Source of the DNA: Octopus sinensis
Taxonomy: Eukaryota
Length of the DNA stretch: 64,000 nucleotides
Direction: 5' to 3'
Assembly (NCBI RefSeq): GCF_006345805.1
Contig: NC_043013.1
Coordinates: forward strand, 30,070,001 to 30,134,000
The stretch's first letter is position 1, and each line of letters opens with the position of its first letter. Shown one piece after another: positions 1-11,695 of this stretch. The notes under the pieces were generated by a model. It was not told where the DNA came from. It saw nothing but the letters and a program-made list of their open reading frames with translations, and did no database searches. A program made the position numbers and the translations under genes.

Positions 1-1196
1 CCTATATTTTTGAACACCACGCTGGCATACTTGTTTATATATATATATATTTCCAATTACTTTGGCAATCAATTTCTTCACAAATCGTCAATATTAAGAT
101 GTTCTCTATTATATTTGATTTTAGATTTACATTTATGGTAAACCATTCCACCATTTTTTTTTCGTTCAGAGATCTAGTAGACAATTTTCATAGCGTACTT
201 CATTCTATGCATTTTTCTCTTTGTTAGTTAATCCTTGCTCATATTTCTTCTGTAAAATACTTTCCTCATATTTCTTTTGTGAAATGCCATTGGTTGTTGA
301 TGGAAATCATTAAAATACTTTACAGCATATCTCTTCAATCATCCTAACGTAATCTCGTTTCTTTAAATTAGGTGCTTCTGTTCTTCTAAACAATGTTGGA
401 AACAATATTGGCACCTGCGTTAGATAAAAATCTATGAAAGTCGGACAGATACGTTATTGAATTATAAGGAAGGGTAAGTGTAGTATTTTTTTCTTTTACC
501 TTTCCTTTGATAATCACTGGATTTTATAATGATGAATTATTCGTATATGTTTATTTCAAACTTAGAATAGATTTTAAACTTATTGATTTTATGCTAAGCA
601 TCGGAAATTGCATTAGTAAATAAACTAATGGGTCTAGTAAATGTTCTATAGTCTAGCCATGTGTATCATGTATTTTCCTGTATGTGTAGCATGCCAGTAT
701 ATGTGCGAGAAAATATATTGATCAGCGAATTCATGAGTGTTTAGTAAACATTTTAAGATTTTCTTCGAAGATTGTATGTTGTTTTCTTTTCTTAGGAATG
801 AAAGATTAGTAAATGATACAATTGTTCAATACTTTTTGTTTTTCTGGAGAGGGGGAGGTGTCAGGTATGGAAGAAGAGTCCGTTATCATTAAAAGTGCAG
901 TAAATCTATAACGACAACCGCTGTGGTTACGATGATATTGGCGGTCTTCCAGCCGTCATTCAAGCATTTGGCCACTTTCAAACGCACCACCATGTCTCCG
1001 CAACGATACTTATCTCATTTTATATCTGAACCCATACGAACCAATTTCAGATGGGAAAGAATAATAATCCCCTAGTGGGTCTGTTGTTAATCATTCTGTA
1101 TCTAAAACTGATTGCTATAATGTCTACTATCAATTTAAAGAATGTCCTAACCGCTGAGCGATAAGATATTTCAAGGTCATAGCTTGTTGCAAATAT

Positions 1197-1557
1197 CGTG
1201 GCACTCCGTCGATTACGACGAGGAGGGTTCCAGCTGATCCGATCAATGGAACAGCTTGCTCGTGAAATTAACATGCAAGTGGCTGAGCACTTCACAGACA
1301 CTTGTACACTTAATGTAGTTCTCGGGGAGATTCAGCATGACACAGCGTGTAACAAGGCTGACCCTTTGAAATACGGATACAACAGAAACAGGAAAAAAGG
1401 GTGAGAGAAACCTGTGGTGAAAGAATACAACAGGGTTCGCAACCACACCATGCCGGAGCCTCGTGGTGCTTTAGGTGTCTTCGCTCAATAAACACTCACA
1501 ACGTCCTGTCTGAGAATCGAAACCGCGATACTATGAACGCAAGTCCGCTGCTCTAAC
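1197..1557 (-). mobile_element. tRNA-derived SINE family B, slightly 5'-truncated
   Basis: Reverse complement matches the head and body at 1943 and 20484. 10-bp TSD ttgcaaatat at 1187-1196 and 1558-1567. Confidence 0.8.
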
Positions 1558-1566
1558 TTGCAAATA

Positions 1567-1707
1567 TAAGGTTGTCCCAAAAGTTCGTAGAAAGTCTTGG
1601 AAAATAATGGTCTTTATTTTGAGGAATAATTTTTGTTGTTTTTGTTAGTACTTGGCGAGTAAAAATTCAATTTTCGCAAGTGTTTACGAACTTTTGGAAC
1701 AACCTAA
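1567..1707. mobile_element. Tc1/mariner-type MITE
   Basis: Imperfect TIRs taaggttgtcccaaaagttcgta and tacgaacttttggaacaacctaa, flanked by TA. Confidence 0.75.
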
Positions 1708-1942
1708 TATATAAAGAATTTCTAGCACTAAATCATATGCCTTGAAACTTGATCTCCATTCGTACAAACATTAAACATGCTGACGTTGCTGTTCAAGTCA
1801 GATTATATGTAGATTCTTTCTTCACTAAACCCTTTAGTGTCATATTGAATATGAAATATTAAGAGAAAATTTCAAAATTCTTTATTTGCTGTTTTATTGC
1901 ATACTGAGTTGTAAACATAATAGACATAGTAAGTTGTACCCT

Positions 1943-2266
1943 GTGGAGGCGCAATGGCCCAGTGGTTAGGTCAGTGGACTCGCGGTCGGAGGATCGCCGT
2001 TTCGATTCCCAGACCGGACGTTGTGTGTGTTTATTGAGCGAAAACAGCTAAAAGCTCCACGAGCCTCCGGCAGGGGGTGGTGGCGAGCCCTGTTGTACTC
2101 TTTCACCACAACTTTCTCTCACTTTCTCCCCCTGTTCCTTGAGTAACTCTGCGATGGACTAGTGTCCCGTCCAGCTGGGGAGGGGGCACATACGCCACAG
2201 AAACCGGGAAACTGGGCCCATGAGCTTGGCTAGGCTTGAAAAGGGCGAAAAAGAAAAAAAGAAAGA
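1943..2266 (+). mobile_element. tRNA-derived SINE family B, full length
   Basis: A box tggcccagtgg, B box gtttcgattcc, A-rich tail. 12-bp TSD aagttgtaccct at 1931-1942 and 2267-2278. Confidence 0.9.
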
Positions 2267-2460
2267 AAGTTGTACCCTATTACAAACGAAGTGCAGTACT
2301 TCTATTAGATCTGGATAATATGCATACACACACACACACATGTATCTGTGTGTGAGTGTGTGGTGTGTATGTATAAATATATATATATACATGGCAACAA
2401 CATCAACCACGATGATACATATATATGTATATGTGTGTGTGTGAGTATATATATATATAT

Positions 2461-2950
2461 ATTATATAAAAGGGCTTAGTAAAATAAATTACTTTGCCGC
2501 ATACTGAACTCGTTAGAAATAGCAGCTAAAAAAACTATTTCTAACACTTAAAGAAACCTCACTCATATAGTGCTTGCTCAATTCAACCCAAGAAAGTATG
2601 AGGGTAGAGACATTAAAAATCAATGCAAAGGTTTTTGAGTACGTACGTTTCAAGATTAATCTTGAAACGTACGTACTCAAATAACCTTTGCATTTGATTT
2701 TTAATGTCTCTACCCTCATACTTTCTTGGGTTGAATTGAGCAAGCACTATATGAGTGAGGTTTTCTTTAAGTGTTAGAAATAGTTTTTTTAGCTGCTATT
2801 TCTAACGAGTTCAGTATGCGGCAAAGTAATTTATTTTACTAAGCCCTTTTATATAATGTAATAATTTGAATTTGCCTTAATGGTCCCTTTGCATACTGAA
2901 TACTTGGTGAAATTGATTAATTAATTAATTAATTTTACCCTCAATTGTTG

Positions 2951-2955
<5 letters not shown>
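2461..2955. repeat. Spacerless ~397-bp palindrome (2461-2857, centre 2657/2658) plus ~95-bp unique tail, between (TA)n tracts; probable non-autonomous PLE derivative
   Basis: Arms are reverse complements apart from about 3 single-base indels; centre caagattaatcttg. Confidence 0.8.
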
Positions 2956-2990
<35 letters not shown>

Positions 2991-3603
2991 TTAATGGTGA
3001 AGGGCAGTTTATAGGGTTACCCTGGGTTTACCCTCATAAAGGGTACCTTTATGGCATATCTTCAGAGTCTAAGACCTATTGGCCTATGGCCTCTTAAAAA
3101 ATGAGGTAGGGGAACGATACGGGTATAAACAATGGGGATTATCTCCCTTTGGTACAGGTCATTGGCTTCAGCTGTATCGTCCACCTTCATTCACGTCACC
3201 TGTCGGCTATGAGTGTAAAAGGTAAGTGGTTATCCCCTACTCTCATCAACAATCAATCCCCAGCTAATATCGCTATCGATATGTAACATTGCAATTATGC
3301 GGTTCCCAAAACGCTAACAGGAATCACCTGAAATGCAAGCATGTCCGAAAATCTCCGTTGTGGAGTTCAGTATGATCTCTGGTACGCGCGAATATCATGC
3401 ATTCGGCTACTTATAGCATTTAGCGTCTCGTTCCATTTATGTACGGACCCGGACGGTGGAGGATTTTCCATGATATCGAGTATAGAATTCCATTTTCTTT
3501 CAGTTGCAAAGTATGGCTAGCCAGCGGAGACCCTGAAAGAGTATCTATGGTTGGAAAGACGTTTCTTAAAGGAAGTTCCCGCGCATCCAATGTATTTCTT
3601 TGG

Positions 3604-4800
3604 ATGCATGGTGTCGGTGTTGTGTCTATTACTGCTGCTGTTGTTGCCGTTCTTGCTGCTGTTGTTATTGCTGTTGCTGTTGTTGCTGCTGTTGTTATTG
3701 CTGTTGCTGTTGTTGCTGCTGCTAGTGCTGCCGATGATGGTGCTAGAGCTGGGGATGTTGGTGGTGGTGCCACTGGTAGTGTTACTGCCTCTGCATGTGT
3801 TGCCGCTGGTGTATGTGTTGGTGTTATTGAGACTGCCGAGGTTGATGTTGCTGCCGCTGTTGCTGCTGCTGCTGCTGCCGCTGCTGCAGGCGCTGTTGCT
3901 GCTGCCGCTGATGACGCTGCTGCTACTGCTGCTGTTATTGTTGCTGGTGGTGTCGACGATGCTGCCGTTATGGTCGACGAATATGTTGCTGCTCTAGTTG
4001 TTGATGGTGCTGTCGTCAAGGATGTTGCTGGGGCCACTTGTGATGGTGAAGGTGGGTGTGGTGGCGGTGTTGGTAATGTTATTGCCGAATGTGGAGGGGG
4101 CGCTATCGATGTTATCACAGTAGCCGCAGGTATTACCATAAATGTTATTATTGCTATTATTGTCATCTTCCCCGGTGGTGGACGTATCGTTCTCTTTGAC
4201 AGGGCTACCATTATTCTCGCCCATGCCGGTGCCTCTACTTGGGACGCTGCTGCTGCTTCTGCTGTTGGTATTGCGGCCGATATAGTTTGGTCTGTTACTG
4301 CTGCTATGAGAGCAGGCGAGCTGGCAGAAACGTTAGCACGCCGGGCGAAAGGCATAGCGGTATTTCGTCTGGCTTTACATTCTGAGTTCAAATTCCGCCG
4401 AGGTCGACTTTGCCTTTCATCCTTTCGGGGTCGATAAATTAAGTACCAGTTACGCACTGGGGTCGATGTAATCGACTTAATACCTATGTCTGTCCTTGTT
4501 TGTCTCCTCTGTGTTTAGCCCGTTGTGTGTAATAAAGAAATAGGTATGCTGTCGTGCCTGCTATTTGTAAGGCTGGCGTTGGAGGCAACGTCACTGTGGT
4601 CAATGTTAATGATGGTGGTGGTGTAGTCAGGGGTGAAGTCGGCACTGTCGGTGTTGGTGTTGTTGACGTTCGTAAGGCGGTTCGATGCGGTAATGGTGGT
4701 GGTGGTGGTGGTGGCGGTGTTGCTGGCTCAGTTGATGGTTCTGCACCCGTGTCTACGGTTGCTATGATTGCTATGGTTCCTGCCGGTGGAATTGGTTGGA
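3604..4800 (-). repeat. Low-complexity trinucleotide region (gct/gtt/ggt) inside the PLE endonuclease
   Basis: Reads Asn/Ser/Thr/Gly-rich in the frame of the YIG motif. It produces the overlapping Ala-, Val- and Leu-rich ORFs in the track. Confidence 0.8.
4312..4544 (+). mobile_element. tRNA-derived SINE family A (tail type 1) inserted in the PLE
   Basis: ggcgagctggcagaaacgttagcacgccgggcgaaa head, B box gagttcaaattcc, body gcctttcatcctttcggggtcgataa, tail taaagaaatag. Confidence 0.9.
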
Positions 4801-5479
4801 TTTGCCCGCACCTCAACTTGAAAGACGACGCCTTTGGTTGCGCAGCGGCTTTCTACTGGGTAAATGTCGCGGATCCTGCATGAACAACCCATCTCTTCAC
4901 GTTGCTTAGGGGCGCTAACTAAGATACTCTTAGTGCTAGGGGCACAGCTAAACGAGACACTAAAGTTGTGCCTGAATGAGGGTATACCTATGGGAGTTAC
5001 TAAAGTGTTTGTCTATTAAATTTAGGAAAAGTCTACCTACAGGCGTTATAGTATTAAGGGAGAAGGGGAAAAACCAAATTGTAATTCTGTGGTGTTTCCT
5101 TCTGCAGATGTTGAGTTCCGGCATATAGGAGATGCGGTCCTTGAACCCGCTGGCGGCTAGGGCCTCGTTATGTTATGGGGCTGCTGCGTCGAAGGCCTCT
5201 TGGTTAGAGGAAAGGCTTGAAATCCTCATAATGAAACCATTTACCAGATGGTTGAAGAATACTGGAATAGAATTTCCCCAAGAGCTCCTACAGAAACTTT
5301 GTCTCTGAGGGATAGCAAGGAGGGTTCAAGCACTTTGGAGGGAAACTATTGGATACCTAAGGTTAGAGGTAGTAAACCGCAACCCACATAAATCCTACTT
5401 GGAATATCACCGAACCTGAACGAAACTAAAATAATAATAATAATATTTCTAATTCTCTTTAAAAAGATAACTGTTAATA

Positions 5480-6060
5480 ATAATCATTTCTATGAAAAGC
5501 ACAAGACCTGAAATGTACGGGAAGGGGACTTGTAGATTACACCAGTGGTACTTATTTGATCGATCCCAGTGTTTCACCGCTACTTATTTCATCGGCCCCG
5601 AAAGAATAAAAGGCAAAGTCGACCTCGGCGGAATTTGAACTCAGAACGTAAAGACGGACGAAATATCACGAAGCATTTCGCCTGGCGTGCTAACGACTCT
5701 GCCAGCTCGCCGCCTTAATAATAATAATAGTCATAATAATAATCCTTTCTTATTTATTTATTGCCCTGAACGGGCTAAACGTAAAAGGGACAAACAATGA
5801 CAAAGTGATTAACTCGATTACATCGACCCCAGTGCGTAACTGGTACTTTATTTATCGAGCCCGAAAGGATGAAAGGCAAAGTCAACGTCGGCGGAATTTG
5901 AACTCAAAACGTAATAGCACGCGAAATTCAGCTAAGCATTTCGCCCGGCGCGCTAACGTTTCTGCCAGCTCGCCGCCTTAATAATAATAATAGTCATAAT
6001 GATAATCCTTTCTGCTATAAACACAAGGCCTGCATTTTGTGGGAGTGGGTGAGTGGATTA
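5480..6060 (-). mobile_element. Cluster of SINE family A copies (two near-full copies plus a tail fragment)
   Basis: Two reverse-complement heads gccagctcgccgcctta at about 5701-5717 and 5964-5980; shared body. Confidence 0.85.
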
Positions 6061-6134
6061 CACCGCCTCCTGATAATGGTGATGTTGATGAGGAGGATGA
6101 TAATGATGATCATGATAATCATGATGATCTAAAA

Positions 6135-6260
6135 TGAATTGGAATTCAAACTCGCATTGTTGACCTGGAGAAACGTACCATCATATATTCTGCAAGAATC
6201 TTGGGAATGTCGCTTGAAACTTGAGGAGATATATTGTCACCAAGATTCTCGATAAACTAA
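6135..6260 (+). mobile_element. 3' fragment of an RLE (Dong/R4-like) LINE
   Basis: Translates as IQTRIVDLEKRTIIYSARILGMSLET*, resembling the C-terminus of the 16443 element (IQKIVLMGTAHILRKIL); flanked by GAT/AAT repeats. Confidence 0.45.
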
Positions 6261-6916
6261 GTAATTTGCATGCGCGTGCGAAATAATGATGATTATAATG
6301 CTACTGCTACTGCTGCTGCTGCTGCTGATGATGATGATGATAATGATGATATGAAGAAAATAATTGTAAATCCTCGTTGCTTATAAAAGTCAATAAAACG
6401 TGAAGACCGATATATAATCAGTGTTATTCTGCTTGAAGGAACCATTGAACTGATTAAAGTTGCACTAATTCAATCAGAAATCTTGTGTGCAGATTCCCCT
6501 TCAAGAATATTCAATTAGGAAGAAAACCTATATTTGATGTGTTAGATAATATGAAATAAATACCTTTGATGGTAATTTTCTATTTGATGTTTTAGTACAC
6601 TCTACATTACTTCAACCTAATCTTCATTTAGACATGCTTAAAAAAGGACAAAATCATATAAACTAGCTGTAAAGCAGTGAGCTGATTAAATCGTCATTCA
6701 CACGTACTCAAAAGTTAATTAGATCCCATTATACGATCAGGGAGTCGTAGGTCCATGAGTTAGTGGATACAGGCATTCTACAAACACCATGAAATAAGTA
6801 TTCTAATGTTTTACCCGGTGAACTATACTCTATATGTGCAACACTCCTGCTTCAAATATCACTTAACGAACACCGTCCGACTGTCTTTGAAAATGATCCG
6901 TTCGATAATTTAAGAG

Positions 6917-7055
6917 AACGTGCTGAAAAGTTCCTGCTACTGGGTAAAAGAATATACTGGAAGATCAGTTAATTATGATTTTATTCAACATATTCCCCTC
7001 TCAGATACACACACTTATTGCAGTAGTACTCCAGTTTTTCTAAGCTCTGTAAAAC
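6917..7055 (-). mobile_element. mariner 3'-end fragment
   Basis: Reverse complement encodes LRGEYVE* followed by a TIR-like end (gtgctgaaaagttcc on the + strand). Confidence 0.5.
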
Positions 7056-7197
7056 GAATTCGTATTTATACAAAACCTCAAAAGATTTGATGGTCAGAGC
7101 TGTAAATTCTTAATATATTTTCATAATTTTGTGACATTACTCTAGGTTAAATTGCAACAATAACAATAAATATTCGTATAATACCATCAACACCTTT

Positions 7198-7400
7198 CAG
7201 GTGGCAGAACGGTTAGCACGTCGGCCAAAATGCTTAATGACATTTCGTCCTTTTTTATATTGTGAGTACAAATTTCGCCGAGGTCAGCTTCACCTTTCAT
7301 CCTTTCAGATTCGATTAAATAACTACCAGTTGAGCATTGAGGTCGATGTAATTGATGAGCCCTCTCCAACAAACTTTCGTGCTTGGTGTATATAGCAGAA
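7198..7400 (+). mobile_element. Degenerate SINE family A
   Basis: Diverged head and body motifs. Confidence 0.7.
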
Positions 7401-8194
7401 AAGACACTCCCAAGAACGCATACGAAAAGAAGCACTGTGATCTTAATTTCCTGGAGCTCAAAAGAATAAGTTTCAATAAAGATAGACAATTTGCTAATGA
7501 ATTAGTGTGCTAATTAATGAAATTCTTACATATTGCTAAAATGTTCAGGTGAGACGAACTTGTTTCCTGTAATCTTTGCCCATCTTGATTATATATAAAA
7601 GATTAAAGAAGAAAATTATTTTCGCGAGAAGTCATACCTTAGCTTACAGGAAAACGCAGCATATCGATTCTTTTTTTACACAGGTGTAAAACCGAGAACA
7701 TACAGAGGTGCTGATTTTTTTCTTAGCCCAATATCAACTATATCATCGTTTGTCAGCGTTTTGCAATCAGCGATTCAATGCACTTTTGTTTACAAGGTGA
7801 AACATAAACACATGCATAGATACAAACATACAAACATACACACAAACATACTTGCCTACTTACCGACTAAACTTTCTCCCTACCGACCTACATGCATTTA
7901 TATACATATATACATACACAGAAATATGTTTACACATAATTACATTTGCATGTCTGTATCTGTGCATAAAATCACACACACACACACACATACACGCACA
8001 GACACACACGCACATATATATATATAAATGACAACCGATCAAAAGATACGAACTCACATTTGTTAGATTACAGAAATGTCTTTTATGACGAACTGTGAAT
8101 TCAGAAGGGATTCCTTTATAGAATAATGTTCCTAAGAAATAGACATGTGGAATTACATATATGCATACGTTTACAGAGGTACAAACTACTGAAA

Positions 8195-8238
<44 letters not shown>

Positions 8239-8344
8239 TATATATATATATGTGTGTGTGTGCGTGTGTGTGTGTGTGTGGGGGGTGCATATGTATGCGC
8301 GTGTTTTTGTGTGCGTGTGTGTAACTGTATAATAATATATATTC

Positions 8345-8760
8345 TCCGATTTGAAGTGACGATTTTTGTGGGAAGTTGAATGGAGGCAAAACGTCGCCAT
8401 TACCAGTGATCATTCAAAACACCATGATTTTGACTGGATGTTTGATTTTTATCATTCTCGGTACATGTTTTGGGGACACGGCAACCCAACGCTTGTTCTG
8501 TGCGTTCACCATCTGATCCCGGCAGAAATATTTCTCGTCTGAGAAAAACCAAGGTAGGTTCGGTTGGAAGGGATGCTTGAGTTTTTGAAAAACTTCGCAG
8601 CGCAGTCTTTCCTCGTGTCCTTAATGGCTTAGGATAAAATTTGGCCCTTTCTCATCGTGTATCAGGAATACTGAATGCCATTATATGCACTACCTGCCTT
8701 AGAAGAAACTCAGACACTCCCATGTCCCTGGTGATGGGCCTGATAGACTTGGGAGGCGAC
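8345..8760 (-). pseudogene. Tc1/mariner (DD37D/maT-like) transposase fragment
   Basis: Minus-strand translation LKHPFQPNLPWFFSDEKYFCRDQMVNAQNKRW...KHPVKIMVF*MITGNGDVLPP. Confidence 0.7.
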
Positions 8761-8784
8761 AATTTACCTATTGCACCCTGTATA

Positions 8785-8950
8785 TAACGATGGGACGCTT
8801 TCAGTTTCCGTTCACGAAATCCGTTCACAATGTTTCGGTCCGCCCACGCTAGAATAGAAGACATTCGCCTGAGATGATATGCAGTAGGACTGAACCCGAC
8901 ACCATGTGGTTGAGAAACAAGCTTTTATCACACAGCAACACCTGCGCCTA
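8785..8950 (-). mobile_element. tRNA-derived SINE family C, 5' part
   Basis: Reverse complement of the ggcgcagg-tggctgtgtg head and body, as at 19400-19550. Confidence 0.75.
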
Positions 8951-9132
8951 TATATAATCCAAATTATAGAATAGTTTGAACATTTACATTAAAAAAGATA
9001 ATAAATTTAACTTTAAGATAATATGAATGATATTGTCAGGAAAAAAGATGTTTTAGTCACTGTAGCTATGTATGTTTTCTTGTTCACACGTATTGTATGC
9101 TATATGTATGGTTATATGTGTTTGTGTGTGCG

Positions 9133-9171
<39 letters not shown>

Positions 9172-9185
9172 ATACATACATAGGA

Positions 9186-9258
<73 letters not shown>

Positions 9259-10619
9259 TACGTATGTATGTATATGTATATGTATGCATGCATGTATGTA
9301 TGTGTGTGTCTGGATATTAATTTTAGAATTAACATAAGGCAAATTGTAGAATAATTTTTGTGTTTACATTCAAAACGATCTTAAACTTTCGGATTTTAAG
9401 CTTTGTATTTCTATAACTTGTCACAGGCACTTTATTAACTTATACTGAATGTCATTTAATCCAGAAAAAAAAATACAAATACAGAAAAAATTCAACATCC
9501 CGTTAAATCGAAGGATGTAATCAGTTGAAGAAATATTTTAGTTATAGCAGCGTGAGTTTGAGATGGATTACTATAATTAAGTAGCGTAATCCAATTAATC
9601 TCACACTATCCATAAAGTCAATGGTTCATGAAGGGAAGAAAAGACGATGAATTATACTTTTTGTTGAAATATTTCAATAGCTACTGTGGGTAAAGTTATT
9701 ATTTCACTGAAAATGAAAAAAAAAAAAAAAAGAAAGAAATAATACGTTGAAATTTTATAAAATAATCTTATCTTTTCTTTTTGTTGTTATTTTGTTTATG
9801 AATTTTTAAACATTAATTCGAAAATTTTTCATTTGTTTATTGAATTTTATTGTTTTGATTTCAGGAAATTTATCGATTTTTTTTCTCACAAAATTGATTT
9901 TTTTCTGGAAAAATTGAATCGAAATTTATGATAATATTTGGTAACGAGTTTTTATTATCTTGGAATATCTCATGTGTTTATAGAATTATCAACAGCATAT
10001 GGGAATTGCTATTGCATGGGAAATAAGGGATATGAGATTATAGAAAAGAAAATAAGAACATGATAATCAATAATATTCTATGCTTCATATACCATTTTTT
10101 ACATTATGAGTATTACAAATCTTTAAGATGTAAAATATATTTCAAGTTTGCAGAGTGTTAAGTCAAAATCATTCCATTAGTCACAACATTTAAATAATGT
10201 TACTTGAAAGCAAATCGAAACTCCATTAGATCTAAATACATACTTCTCCATGATTGCCCGACGAGTATTCTTTGTTCAGCTGAATAACACACAAACACAC
10301 ACGCACATACATACACATATTTATAAAGGTCAAAGCCTATGTAAAGATAGTATCCTTCGTTGGTTGATGCATAATATATGGTCACTCCTCAAATACTGGT
10401 TCTTGCACGCTTTGGTGTTTAGTCATATTAAGTAAAAGACCTAAGCCTCTAATTAAGGAACAAGACTGCCCAGGCTAAGCCCTTCTGGGGGAGAGCATTT
10501 CCTAATAATTTTAGTGGATGTAGAGGGGCAAAGTCCCTAAAAACCTGAATAAGTAGGTGAAGAAATATGGTCTCAACGGCTGAAATAGCGGAAGAGTGCA
10601 ATGTCACACAGATTAGGTA

Positions 10620-10950
10620 CGAATGCCATGCGTTCCTTATTGTGGCCCAGGGAAGATCTTCAATCACCTCCATGAAGTTAGCCACCAGCTCGGTCTTGAA
10701 GTTGGAGGCAGAGTGGTTGGCGTCCTTCTCAACTGCGCTCATAGTAATCAATGGAAATAAAAACGGGGGAATTAGGAGGCGAGAAATTGGGGCCAGTGAA
10801 GACGTAAAGATTCTCGGCCCACCATTTCTGACCCATTCCAGAAGTCTGACAAGGATCCGAATCCTGCTACTACACATATGGCCTTCCAGCAGTAAACCTG
10901 GCCTTCTAGCGAGAATTGGATCGCGAAGTACATGTAAAACCATAACTAAT
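10620..10950 (-). pseudogene. DD37D-like transposase C-terminal fragment
   Basis: GRPYV*QQDSDPCQTSGMGQKWWAENFYVFTGPNFSPPNSP, then AVEKDAN...TIRNAW. Confidence 0.7.
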
Positions 10951-11089
10951 AAAAAGTAACTATTGAGCTGGAAACCGTTTTGAATTCAGAGAATCGAAGG
11001 CTGTTCTCGACATTTTTCAATCCAAAAGTTTTGATTTGCTTTCAGGTAAAATGTACTTTGAGATCCACTTCCTACCGTGAAGCATTGAG

Positions 11090-11490
11090 GTGGTTCTGGA
11101 TGAGTTGGGTAGCCATTTGACAGGAACTTTTGTAGCAGAGTTAATGCCAAGTAGTATCTAGGTATTTCGGCTGATCATATTTATCCTCTCTTACAAGCAT
11201 TGATTCCTGGTAATAACACACTCTTCCAGGCTGACGTTGCGCCGACTCAGCTGACGTGATTCAGAAGTGATACAGATACCACACAATTGAAGTACTCTAC
11301 TTACGAAATTTACGGTGCAGTTTGAAGTAGCTATTGAATTGCTGTTTTCCTCCCCCAACTTCGGTGAAAAGCTAAAGCAGGCACAACTTGAAGAACGGAT
11401 CAAAATTCTTTAAACAAGATTGAACCATCTTCAGGAGTTCATGATTCAGCGTATTAAACAGGTGATTGATGTAAAAGATGCACAAATTCC
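11090..11490 (+). pseudogene. Degenerate Tc1-like transposase fragment
   Basis: RVNAK*YLGISADHIYPLLQALIPGNNTLFQADVAP resembles the Tc1 FQDDNAP region. Confidence 0.5.
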
Positions 11491-11695
11491 CTATACAATA
11501 TATTTCATTTAACAATAGCTCTCCATTATTCTGTTCAACTTTCGTATGTTTAAATGTATGTACATATATTTATCTTTATATGTACACACAGAGAGGCATA
11601 CACACACAAACACACATATACACACACAATAACACACACAGAATTACAATATTTACATATATGCAAACATACATATTATGATAAATATGTATATG

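Larger units (their letters stand above)
2988..5420 (-). mobile_element. Degenerate Penelope-like retroelement (Naiad-like): RT thumb, linker, Zn motif and GIY-YIG endonuclease
   Basis: Manual minus-strand translation: RISSLSSNQEAFDAAAP*HNEALAASGFKDRI, TPVGRLFLNLIDKHF, SVSFSC, CSCRIRDIYPVESRCATKGVVFQVEV (about 4886-4810), KKYIGCAGTSFKKRLSNHRYSFR (about 3600-3532), LQLKENGILYSISWKIL..PYINGTRR*ML*VAE, LNSTTEIF. 3' end abuts (TA)n. Confidence 0.85.

Noticed and set aside
300-430. Possible minus-strand exon after an acceptor-like tctaacgcag
   Set aside because: Short frame, no recognisable homology and no partner exons.
3010-3075. Hammerhead at the 3' end of the PLE relic (minus-strand ctgaaga plus a hairpin)
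   Set aside because: No GAAA core and stem I does not pair.
3420-4457. Long Ala/Thr-, Val/Ala- and poly-Leu ORFs (345, 332 and 148 aa) as host mucin, antifreeze or membrane proteins
   Set aside because: They are alternative or antisense frames of the trinucleotide region inside the PLE, and two of them start or end within a SINE.
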